Shown here: piece by piece, positions 21,577 through 29,900 of the stretch
Layout of the letters: each line of letters starts with the position of its first letter
Position numbering within the stretch: position 1 is the stretch's first letter
Assembly: GCA_021296095.1 (NCBI GenBank)
Contig: JAGWBB010000005.1
Coordinates: forward strand, 2,937-66,936
Source: Desulfurellaceae bacterium
GTDB lineage: Bacteria; Desulfobacterota; Binatia; Bin18
Length of the DNA: 64,000 bases
Reading direction: 5' to 3'
Translations under genes and position numbers: made by a program
Notes under the pieces: model-generated
Told to the model about the DNA's origin: nothing
Databases searched by the model: none
Seen by the model: the letters and a program-made list of their open reading frames with translations, nothing else

Positions 21577-21594
21577 CTGTCCTAATTAGGACAG
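21577..21594. promoter_or_regulatory. perfect 18-bp palindrome, candidate operator
   Basis: CTGTCCTAATTAGGACAG in the divergent intergenic region between the thiolase operon (start 21496) and metF (start 21632). Confidence 0.4.
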
Positions 21595-21631
21595 GAGCCT
21601 CGCTTTCGGGACCGGGCGCTTTGGGCTATCT

Positions 21632-22534
21632 TTGGGCAGCATGAAAATTCGCCGCCTCTTTGAGACCCAAGATCAAACGTTTTCCTTTGAGTTTTTTCCG
21701 CCCAAAAACCCGGCCGATGTTGAGCAGTTGTTTGTCCGTGCCGGTGAGCTGAAACCGCTCGGACCGAGCTTTGTTTCGGTGACGTACGGAGCGGGCGGTT
21801 CGACCCGCAAAAATACGATTGATCTGGTGGGCCGCTTTCAGGATGAACTCGGACTTGTCGGCATGGCTCACCTGACCTGCGTGGGGCATACGCAGGCCGA
21901 GCTGCGGGCCATTCTCCAGGAATTTCAGGCCCGGGGGATAGAGAACGTGATGTGTCTGCGGGGCGACCCGCCCCGTGGGCAAGCCAGCTTCGAGCCGGTG
22001 CCCGGCGGCTTCTCCCACGCTAATGAACTGGTCTCGCTCACCCGTGCCAACGGGGACTTCTGTATCGGTGTTGCCGGCTACCCGGAGCCCCACCCTGAGA
22101 GCGAAAGCCGGGATCTCGATCTGTTGCGTCTCCAGTACAAGGTGGACTGTGGCGCAGATTTCGTTATCACCCAGCTCTTTTACGACAACCGGGAGTATTT
22201 CGACTTTGTGGACCGCGCCGGTCGGCTCGGCATTCCGTGCCGAATTATCCCGGGCATCATGCCGATTGTGAACTATCGCCAGATTGTCCGCATCACGCGC
22301 CTGTGTGGAGCAACGATTCCGACCGAACTGAGTAGCCGCCTAGAACCGGTTGCCGACGATCCTGAAGCGTCCCTCGAAATCGGGATTGAGTGGGCGCGGC
22401 GGCAGTGTGAAGAACTGCTCGAAAACGGCGCCCCCGGTATCCACTTCTATACGCTGAACCGCTCTGATGCGACCAGGCGCATCTTTGAGCAGCTGCGCCA
22501 CAGCCCGGTCAAAACCCTGCTGCCGTTTGCGTAG
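21632..22534 (+). CDS. metF: 5,10-methylenetetrahydrofolate reductase
   Basis: 300 aa. FSFEFFPPK, VTYGAGGSTR and GADFVITQLFYD motifs. The start could instead be the ATG at 21641. Confidence 0.9.
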   Translation: MGSMKIRRLFETQDQTFSFEFFPPKNPADVEQLFVRAGELKPLGPSFVSVTYGAGGSTRKNTIDLVGRFQDELGLVGMAHLTCVGHTQAELRAILQEFQARGIENVMCLRGDPPRGQASFEPVPGGFSHANELVSLTRANGDFCIGVAGYPEPHPESESRDLDLLRLQYKVDCGADFVITQLFYDNREYFDFVDRAGRLGIPCRIIPGIMPIVNYRQIVRITRLCGATIPTELSSRLEPVADDPEASLEIGIEWARRQCEELLENGAPGIHFYTLNRSDATRRIFEQLRHSPVKTLLPFA

Positions 22535-22617
22535 GGCAGGCACGGGGGCCTGCCCCTACCTGACATTGACCGGGCCGCCCCCGGCAGGTTATGGTCCGCC
22601 TAACAGGAGGCCCGCGT

Positions 22618-23676
22618 ATGGCACACAACGCCCCCCCAGCGGTCAGCCCGAACGAAGCCAACGCCTTTCTTGACGGCCTGTCACGGTTCAATGTCGGCCC
22701 GTTATGGAAGGTACTGGGCCAGATCCTGACTCCTGAGCCGCGCACCCAGGCCGTTCCCCACCTGTGGCGGTGGCAAGAGCTGCGCCCCCAGCTCTTGCGC
22801 TCAGGCGAGGTGGTGACGGCCGCCGAGGCCGAGCGGCGGGTGTTGATGCTCCTCAACCCGGGTTTGGAGGGCCGCGTGGCCACGACCACGACCCTATACG
22901 GCGGCTTGCAGCTCATCCTGCCCGGAGAAATCGCCCGCACCCACCGTCATACGCCCAACGCCCTGCGTTTCATTATGGAAGGCGAGGGCGCCTATACGGT
23001 CGTTGACGGCGATAAAATGACCATGGCCCCGGGTGACTTTGTCCTCACCCCCAACTGGACCTGGCACGATCACGGCAGCCAGGGTGACCAGCCCGTGGTG
23101 TGGCTGGACGGCTTGGACATCCCGCTGGCCTCTCTGCTGGAAAATATCTTCACCCAGCCGTTCTCCCAGGAAGCCCAGCCTGTCACCAAACCGCTCAACA
23201 CTTCTGTGGCCGTGTACGGTAAGGGCGGGCTGCTGCCGAGTTGGCAGCGGTCGGCCGATCATGGCCGATCCGGGCTGTTGAAATACGCCTGGACCGACGC
23301 CCATGAGATGCTGATGAGTCTGGGCAAGGATGAAGAAAGTCCGTTTGACGGCAGCCTGCTCGAATATGTGAATCCAGTCAGTGGCGGGCCGTCGCTGCCG
23401 ACCATGGCCAGCTTTTTACAACGCCTCAGGCCCGGCCAAAAAACCCAGGCGCATCGCCACAGTGCCAGCGTGGTATATCTGGCCGTGCAGGGCCACGGCC
23501 GAACAGTCATCGACGGCCGTGTCTATGACTGGGCTCCGGGCGACGTGTTTGCCCTGCCTCTGTGGGCGGCCCATTGTCATGAAAACGTGTCGGCCAGCCA
23601 GGATGCCATCCTGTTTTCGTTTACCGATGCGCCGGTGATGCGGGCGCTGGACTGGTATCGGGAGCAGGAGCTGTAG
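22618..23676 (+). CDS. bicupin dioxygenase, gentisate 1,2-dioxygenase-like
   Basis: Two cupin modules, each with an HRH metal motif (THRHTPNALRFIMEGEG... and AHRHSASVVYLAVQGHG...). Start at the ATG at 22618 after AGGAGG. Confidence 0.8.
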   Translation: MAHNAPPAVSPNEANAFLDGLSRFNVGPLWKVLGQILTPEPRTQAVPHLWRWQELRPQLLRSGEVVTAAEAERRVLMLLNPGLEGRVATTTTLYGGLQLILPGEIARTHRHTPNALRFIMEGEGAYTVVDGDKMTMAPGDFVLTPNWTWHDHGSQGDQPVVWLDGLDIPLASLLENIFTQPFSQEAQPVTKPLNTSVAVYGKGGLLPSWQRSADHGRSGLLKYAWTDAHEMLMSLGKDEESPFDGSLLEYVNPVSGGPSLPTMASFLQRLRPGQKTQAHRHSASVVYLAVQGHGRTVIDGRVYDWAPGDVFALPLWAAHCHENVSASQDAILFSFTDAPVMRALDWYREQEL

Positions 23677-23687
23677 AGGAGCCCAGC

Positions 23688-24713
23688 ATGCTGCAAACCA
23701 TGATTGTCGGCAGCCTGCCGCGCCCGACCTGGCTCGTGCCGCCCCACCGCATGTATGTGTCCTGGCAGCTCGATGAGGCGCAGCGGGCCGAGGGCTGCGA
23801 CGACGCGGTTGTGCTGGCGGTTGCCGATCAGGAGTCGGCCGGACTGCATATCCTGACCGATGGCGAGCAGCGTCGCCGGCATTACATCTGGGGTTTTTGT
23901 GAGGGGCTGAGCGGTCTCGATTTCGAGCGTCTGGCCAAGATCGAGACCCGTGGTAATCGTTACGGGATCCAGGTCGATGCGGCCCGGGTGGTGGGACCGC
24001 TCCGCCGGCCCAAGCCCATTCTTGTTGACGCTCTGCGCTTTCTCAAACGCCAGACCGGCAAGCCGGTCAAGGTAACTCTCCCCGGCCCTATGACCACGGC
24101 CGACACCCTGGCCGACGAGCACTACGGGGACCGCCAGACCCTGGCCGCCGAGATCGCCAGGGTGCTCAACGAGGAGGCGTTGGAGTTGGCCGAAAACGGC
24201 TGCGATATCGTCCAGTTCGATGAACCGTGTTTTAATATCTATCTCGACGCGGTTGAAGACTGGGGCATCCGCAGCCTGGAGGCTGCGGCCCAGGGGGTCA
24301 GGGCTAAAATCGCGGTCCATATCTGTTATGGCTACGGCATTCCTCAGGTGGTCGAGTGGAAGAGCCATAACACGGACTGGAGTCATTACGGACGGACGCT
24401 GCCCCTGCTGCAGACCAGCGCCATTGACATGATCTCGGTCGAGTGCGCCGCTTCGGGGGTCGACCCCTCGGTCCTGGCCCTGGCTCGGGGCAAGGACCTG
24501 ATGGTTGGGGTGATTGATGTTGGGACCGAAGAGATCGAAACCCCGCAGACCGTCGCGTCCCGCATTCGCACCGCCCTGCAATATGTCGAGCCACAGCACC
24601 TCTATCCGTGTACCGACTGCGGAATGATTCCGCGCTCGCGGATTGCAGCCCGGGGAAAGATGAAGGCTCTGGCAGACGGGGCGTGGCTGGTCCGCTCGGA
24701 ACTGAGCGGCTAG
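23688..24713 (+). CDS. half-size cobalamin-independent methionine-synthase family protein (MetE C-terminal domain-like, core-MetE type)
   Basis: 341 aa. N-terminal GSLPRP motif and candidate Zn ligands HxC (AVHICYGYG), E (SVECAASG) and C (PCTDCGM). Confidence 0.75.
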   Translation: MLQTMIVGSLPRPTWLVPPHRMYVSWQLDEAQRAEGCDDAVVLAVADQESAGLHILTDGEQRRRHYIWGFCEGLSGLDFERLAKIETRGNRYGIQVDAARVVGPLRRPKPILVDALRFLKRQTGKPVKVTLPGPMTTADTLADEHYGDRQTLAAEIARVLNEEALELAENGCDIVQFDEPCFNIYLDAVEDWGIRSLEAAAQGVRAKIAVHICYGYGIPQVVEWKSHNTDWSHYGRTLPLLQTSAIDMISVECAASGVDPSVLALARGKDLMVGVIDVGTEEIETPQTVASRIRTALQYVEPQHLYPCTDCGMIPRSRIAARGKMKALADGAWLVRSELSG

Positions 24714-24732
24714 AGGGCAGGCGAGGGAAACA

Positions 24733-24843
24733 GTGGGCTATTTACGTGAACTTTTCGGCAGCAGCCCGTTGCTGATGGGCGCGGTTCTCGGCGTCGTCAT
24801 TGCCGCAATGATTATTTTCTTTGCCGAGCGGGGGCGCTCCTAG
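24733..24843 (+). CDS. possible 36-aa hydrophobic peptide
   Basis: GTG start with GAGGGA upstream. Translation VGYLRELFGSSPLLMGAVLGVVIAAMIIFFAERGRS has one TM-like helix. No homology recognised. Confidence 0.25.
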   Translation: MGYLRELFGSSPLLMGAVLGVVIAAMIIFFAERGRS

Positions 24844-24895
24844 GCCAGACCGTTGGCACGGCCCCTCCCCCCGGCCGGGAAGAGGGACACGGGCA

Positions 24896-25450
24896 TCAGT
24901 CTTCAATGCCGAGCCGTTGCTTGCCCTCGGCCGAGATCATCTCCGGTCCCCAGGCCGGCTCCCAAACGACCTGCACGTCGGCCTCTTCGACCCCTGGCAG
25001 ACCCTCAATCCGGTGCTGGGCATCCATGGCAATGGCCGGGCCCATGCCACAGCCAGGCGCGGTCAGCGTCATCTTGACCTCGACCTTGTTCTCGCCACTG
25101 GGCAGCGGTTGCAGCTGCATGTCGTACACCAGCCCTAGGTCCACAATATTGACCGGAATCTCCGGATCGTAGACATTCTTGAGGGCAGCCCAGACCTGCT
25201 CTTCGCTGAGCGTGCCGTCACCCGCCTCTTGACTGGTTTCTGTTTTGGCGTTGGGCTGTTTGCCGATCGCGTCGGCATCCGCGTCAGACACCCGGTATAA
25301 GCCGCCCAGGGTCGGCAGCTGCAGGGTATAGGTGTCGCCCAGGGCCTGGGTAATCACGCCCGGCGTCCCCTTGGGGATGATGACGGTCGTTCCCTGAGGG
25401 ATCTGTACGACTTCACATTCTCTCTGAAACTCGATTTCTTCGTAGCTCAT
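24896..25450 (-). CDS. sufT: Fe-S cluster assembly protein SufT (DUF59/MIP18 domain)
   Basis: 184 aa. C-terminal DUF59 block (VYDPEIPVNIVDLGLVY...LTAPGCGMGP) preceded by the SufT-type N-terminal domain. Confidence 0.8.
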   Translation of the reverse strand: MSYEEIEFQRECEVVQIPQGTTVIIPKGTPGVITQALGDTYTLQLPTLGGLYRVSDADADAIGKQPNAKTETSQEAGDGTLSEEQVWAALKNVYDPEIPVNIVDLGLVYDMQLQPLPSGENKVEVKMTLTAPGCGMGPAIAMDAQHRIEGLPGVEEADVQVVWEPAWGPEMISAEGKQRLGIED

Positions 25451-25474
25451 CGGCTCTTCCTTTCGTCTGCAGGT

Positions 25475-25489
25475 TGTCTAATCTAGACA
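25475..25489. promoter_or_regulatory. inverted repeat upstream of sufT, candidate operator
   Basis: TGTCTA-ATC-TAGACA lies 25 nt upstream of the sufT start codon. Confidence 0.3.
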
Positions 25490-25617
25490 GGTAAGGTCTA
25501 TGATGTCAATTCAGACGGCTCAGGTGCATCTGGGGTCTGCTCTGGCTATGGAAGCTTAAGCCGACGCGTCGGGCAGAGTCGGCGGCAGATTTCTCTCTTT
25601 TCCACGGCGAAGGCGGC

Positions 25618-25800
25618 TCAGGCTGTGATTTGGACGTGGTGCTTCGGCACCTGGTCGAGCCTATCGGCCAGGCGATCCTGTTCCCTCTCCAGATCGTACT
25701 GGCTCTGAAGTCCCATCCAGAACTCTGCCGAGTTGTCAAAGAAACGTGAGAACAGCAGGGCCGTCTCCGCGGTGATGGATCGCTGGCCGTGAACGATCGC
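25618..25800 (-). pseudogene. higA: N-terminally truncated HigA-type (XRE HTH) antitoxin remnant
   Basis: Minus-strand frame not listed in the track reads ...IVHGQRSITAETALLFSRFFDNSAEFWMGLQSQYDLEREQDRLADRLDQVPKHHVQITA*. This is the C-terminal half of HigA/VapI antitoxins. Upstream, the frame has no start and no first HTH helices, and hits a stop at 25846-25848 next to vapC. Confidence 0.6.
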
Positions 25801-25849
25801 ACGAGGTCTGGGGCGTGTCCGTGCTGTCAGTAGGAAACGCAGGACTTAC

Positions 25850-26257
25850 TCACGGAACAACCTCACAGCGTATCTGCCGGAAGTGATGGTCCAGCGTCAA
25901 TGCGCGCCGAATACACAACTCTCGCATCACTGCAAAGCTACAGCAGTCGGTGAAGGAGAAGTTTTTGTCCCGATACCGGAAGAAGAGCGTTCGCGCCCGC
26001 TCTCTTCGCGGCTCGTTAATGGACTCAATCCGCAGGCGGGTCGATCCGTTGATTTGCAGCCACCATGCTTCAGCCGCATCAAGTCCGAGGCGAAACCGGA
26101 TGGTGGTCAGCGTCTCGTCAATCACGTAGTCGGTCGTTGTCAGCACGCCTCCCGACAACAGCCATTGGTCCCGCGCTTCCCGGACAGCCGAACCTGCAGT
26201 ATCGCGGCTATCCGCAGCCGCAACCCACGCGGCCGTGTCCACGAACATTTGTCTCAC
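25850..26257 (-). CDS. vapC: PIN-domain toxin VapC
   Basis: 135 aa. PIN acidic residues in context (FVDT, IDETL, FTDC, LDHHF). GTGA overlap with the upstream antitoxin. An alternative ATG start lies at 26248. Confidence 0.85.
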   Translation of the reverse strand: MRQMFVDTAAWVAAADSRDTAGSAVREARDQWLLSGGVLTTTDYVIDETLTTIRFRLGLDAAEAWWLQINGSTRLRIESINEPRRERARTLFFRYRDKNFSFTDCCSFAVMRELCIRRALTLDHHFRQIRCEVVP

Positions 26258-26499
26258 CGGTACAGCACCTCGTCATGCCGGGTAGCGGCGTCTCCCGATT
26301 CAGACGCGCCAACAGCCGGAGCCTGGTACAGCGGGTCCGATTCCAGAGGTGTGCTGTCAAGCGAGGGATTGCCAACCGGTACGATGTCGAAGGCCGGGCG
26401 ACTGCGGTACAACACGGTGAAGCGCTCCCCCTGTCGCACTTTTTTGACAACGTCCTGCAAGCGCCCTCGGAGCTGTTTGGCACTGATCATTTCAGGCAT
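26254..26499 (-). CDS. Phd/YefM-family antitoxin
   Basis: 81 aa. N-terminal ISAKQLRGRLQDVVKKVRQGERFTVLYRSRPAFDIVPV matches the Phd/YefM fold pattern. Translationally coupled to vapC. Confidence 0.8.
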   Translation of the reverse strand: MPEMISAKQLRGRLQDVVKKVRQGERFTVLYRSRPAFDIVPVGNPSLDSTPLESDPLYQAPAVGASESGDAATRHDEVLYR

Positions 26500-26632
26500 A
26501 GTCAGGCCCCCTTCAAGTTTGACTCAAGATGATCTTTACCTGAGTGCGATACAAGTGTCCAGGAATTGCCAGCTGGTCCTCATGCTGGAGAAGTCACGGT
26601 GCAGTTACGGTACTTGCCGGCGGTAATGGCCG

Positions 26633-26821
26633 GCTTCAATGAGGCCCAGGCGTGTCCGCCTGGGATATATGGGCCGAGCCGTGCATAGACTTCTTCGCGG
26701 TCGACCTCCCCGCTTCAATGAGGCCGGAGCGCAGCTGCCCCGGAAACAGCCAGGATGGCAAACAAGGCCAACTGCTGTTCATGGGGCTTCAATGAGGCCG
26801 GAGCGCCAGCGCCCCGGAAAT
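26633..26821 (-). CRISPR. three-repeat CRISPR-like array (2 spacers), no cas genes in the window
   Basis: 36-nt units at 26633-26668, 26712-26747 and 26786-26821. Spacers are 43 and 38 nt. The minus-strand consensus is GTTTCCGGGGCAGCTGCGCTCCGGCCTCATTGAAGC, with an internal hairpin and an ATTGAAGC 3' tail. The copy at 26633 is degenerate. Confidence 0.55.
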
Positions 26822-26938
26822 AGCCGCTGTAGATGTCCTTGTCCAGTTCGGATTCTCTCAGTATTCTGCGAGTGGTACCGGCAAAATTGCCTTTACCAGA
26901 GCGCTCGCAATGATCGAAATGTCTGAACTGGAGAGGTT

Positions 26939-29900
26939 TCAATTACGTGGCTCTGGCTCCTGCGACGGCTGTGACAAGCCGCGGGCTTTCCACACGTAGT
27001 ACACGACCGGGTAGACGAGCAGGGTGACCAGGCCGGAGGTGACGATGCCGCCGACCAGCGGCGTTGCAATCCGCTTCATGACATCAGCTCCCGCGCCAGC
27101 ACTCCACATGATGGGCAGAAGCCCGATCACATCGGTCGCTATTGTCATCAGAATCGGTCGAACCCGTTTCACCGCTCCGTCCGTGATGGCTTCGACAAGA
27201 GCACTGCGGTCGGTGAGCAAGCCGCGCTTGCGGTAGTCTGTGTAGGAAAGGTCCAGGTACAGCAGCAGTACGATGGCGGTCTCGGCGTGGAGCCCGGCCA
27301 GGGCGATGACGCCAACCCACACGGCGATGCTGAGGTTGTAATCGAGGATGTACAGCAGCCAGATTGCCCCGGTCAGGGCGAACGGCACGCCGAACAGCAC
27401 GAAGAGCGTTTCGGTGGCGGAGTTGGTGTTGAGGTAGATGAGAATGAAGATCAGCAGCAGGGTCAGCGGAATGACATAGCCGAGGCGCTGCTGGGCGCGC
27501 TGCATGTACTCGTACTGTCCGCTCCAGGCCAGAGTGTAGCCGACAGGCAGCGCTATGCGGTCGGCAACGGCGTGCCGGGCGGCCGTGACGTAGCTCCCGA
27601 CATCGGTATTGCGGATGTCGATGTAGACCCAGGCGTTCGGCCTGGCGCCCTCAGTCTTGATACTCGGCGGGCCGACAGTGTAGCGCAGGCTGGCCAGGCG
27701 TCCCAGCGGAATCTGCGGACCGGCCGGGGTCGGAACCAAAACTGAGCGCAGAGCCGGCAGGTCATCCCGCAGCTCTCGGCTGTAGCGCAAATTGACCGGA
27801 TAGCGCTCGAGCCCTTCGACGGTGGTCGTAATATTCATACCGCCGATGGCGGTCTGGATCACCTGCTGCACGTCATCGACCGTCAGACCGTAGCGGGCGA
27901 TGGCCCCGCGGTCGATCTTGAAGTCGAGATAGTTGCCACCCATCACCCGCTCGGCGTACACGCTGCGTGTTCCGGGCAGCTCCCGGATGACGGCCTCAAT
28001 CTCCTGGCCCAGCCGCTCCAGCTCGGCCAGGTCAGGACCGGCGATCTTGATCCCGACCGGCGTCTTGATGCCGGTCGAGAGCATGTCGATTCGGGCCTCA
28101 ATCGGCATTGTCCAGGCGTTCGTCAGCCCGGGGACCTGGATCGCGGCATTCAACTCCTGGGTGAGTTTTTCGGGAGTCATGCCGGCCCGCCACTCGCTCT
28201 GCGGCTTGAGCATGATCGTGGTTTCGATCATCGACAGCGGCGCGGGATCGGTTGCCGAGTCGGCCCGGCCCACCTTGCCGAAGACCTTGTCCACCTCGGG
28301 GAAGGTTTTGATGATGCGGTCGGTCTGCTGCAAGAGTTCGCGGGCCTTGGTGATCGAGATGCTCGGCAGCGTCGTTGGCATGTAGAGCAGGTCGCCTTCC
28401 CACAGCCGGGGCATGAACTCTGAACCAAGTCGGGAGAAGGGCACAAAGCTCACCGCCAAGGCCACAAATGCGACAGCCAGGGCGGAGGACTTGAAACGTA
28501 AGACGAAGCTCAGGACCGGCCGGTATACGTAGATGAGCAAGCGGCTGATCGGGTTTAGGTCCTGAGGCAGAATCCTGCCCCGCACGCAGTAGCCGACCAG
28601 AACAGGAACCAGGGTCACCGACAGCAGGGCCGCAGCCGCCATGGCGTAGGTCTTGGTGAAGGCGAGCGGCTTGAACAGCCGTCCTTCCTGAGCCTCCAGG
28701 GTGAACACGGGCATGAAGGAGACCGTGATCACGAGTAGGGCAAAGAACAGCGAGGGACCGACTTCCTTGGCCGAGGCGGCAATAATCTGCCAGTGAGGGC
28801 GTCGCTCCCGGTCTCGTGCCAAGTGGGCGTGGGCATTCTCGACCATCACGATACCGGCGTCGACCATGGTGCCGATCGCAACGGCGATGCCGCCGAGCGA
28901 CATGATGTTGACGCTGAGCCCCTGGAAGAAGATCGCGATGAAAGCGATCAGGATGCCGACCGGCAGGCTGATGATGGCGACAAGTCCGCTCCGCATGTGG
29001 AACAGAAAGAGCAGGCACACCAGACCGACGATCAGGAACTGCTGGCTGAGGCTGGTCCGCAGGCTGGCGACCGCGCGGTCAATCAGCGCCGTGCGGTCAT
29101 AGGCGACCGCAATCTCAACGCCCTGGGGCAGACCGGCTTTGAGCTGCTCCAGCTTGGCCTTGACGGCGCGGATGACCCGCAGGGTGCTTGCCCCGTAACG
29201 CACGACGATAATGCCGCCCACGGTCTCGCCCTCGCCGTTCCATTCGGCCAGCCCGCGGCGCGTCTCCGGGCCCACACCGACCCGCGCCACATCTTGCAGC
29301 AGGATCGGCGTTCCGCTGCGGTCCACACCCAGGGCGATTTTGCGCAGGTCGTCCTGAGACTCAAGGTAGCCGAGGCCGCGGATCATGAACTCCTTCTCCG
29401 CTACTTCGAGCAAGCGTCCTCCCACGTCGCTGTTGCTGTGTTGCACCGCGGTCCGAATCGTGGAGATGGAGATGTCGTAGGCCCGAAGCCGGTTCGGATC
29501 GACGCTGATCTGGTACTGCCGGACAAATCCTCCGACGCTGGCGACCTCTGAGACGCCCGGGACGCTGGTCAACTCATACTTGAGGAACCAGTCCTGGATC
29601 GAACGCAGCTCGCTCAGGTCGTGACGGTCAGACTTCAAGGCATACATGAAGGCCCAGCCGGCACCCGTGGCGTCGGGACCGAGCCGTGGCGCGACTCCCG
29701 GCGGCAGCTGCCCGGAGACGGAATTCAGGTATTCGAGGACGCGGCTCCTGGCCCAGTACAGGTCGGTCCCGTCCTCAAAGATGATGTAGACAAAGGAAAA
29801 GCCGAAGAACGAATAGCCCCGCACGACTTTGGCGAACGGCGCGGCGAGCATCTGCGTCGTCAGTGGATAGGTGACCTGATCTTCGACAATGCGCGGCGCC

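Noticed and set aside
25506-25802. 98-aa minus-strand track ORF.
   Set aside because: The translation (Ser/Arg/Pro-rich) has no recognisable fold. A different frame on the same strand gives a clear HigA C-terminal half, so the track ORF is a shadow frame.
26925-26940. GTAATTGAAAC on the minus strand at the cusA stop, considered as a possible fourth CRISPR repeat remnant.
   Set aside because: Only the 8-nt ATTGAAAC tail matches. The distance from the nearest repeat (about 117 nt) breaks the 74-79 nt periodicity, and the sequence is part of the cusA C-terminal codons and stop.
26639-26942. Track ORFs 26639-26926 (+) and 26715-26942 (-) across the repeat region.
   Set aside because: They are read through the 36-nt direct repeats of the CRISPR-like array, giving repeated peptide segments such as ASMRPE/LQ.GR. 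They have no SD and no coding-like composition.
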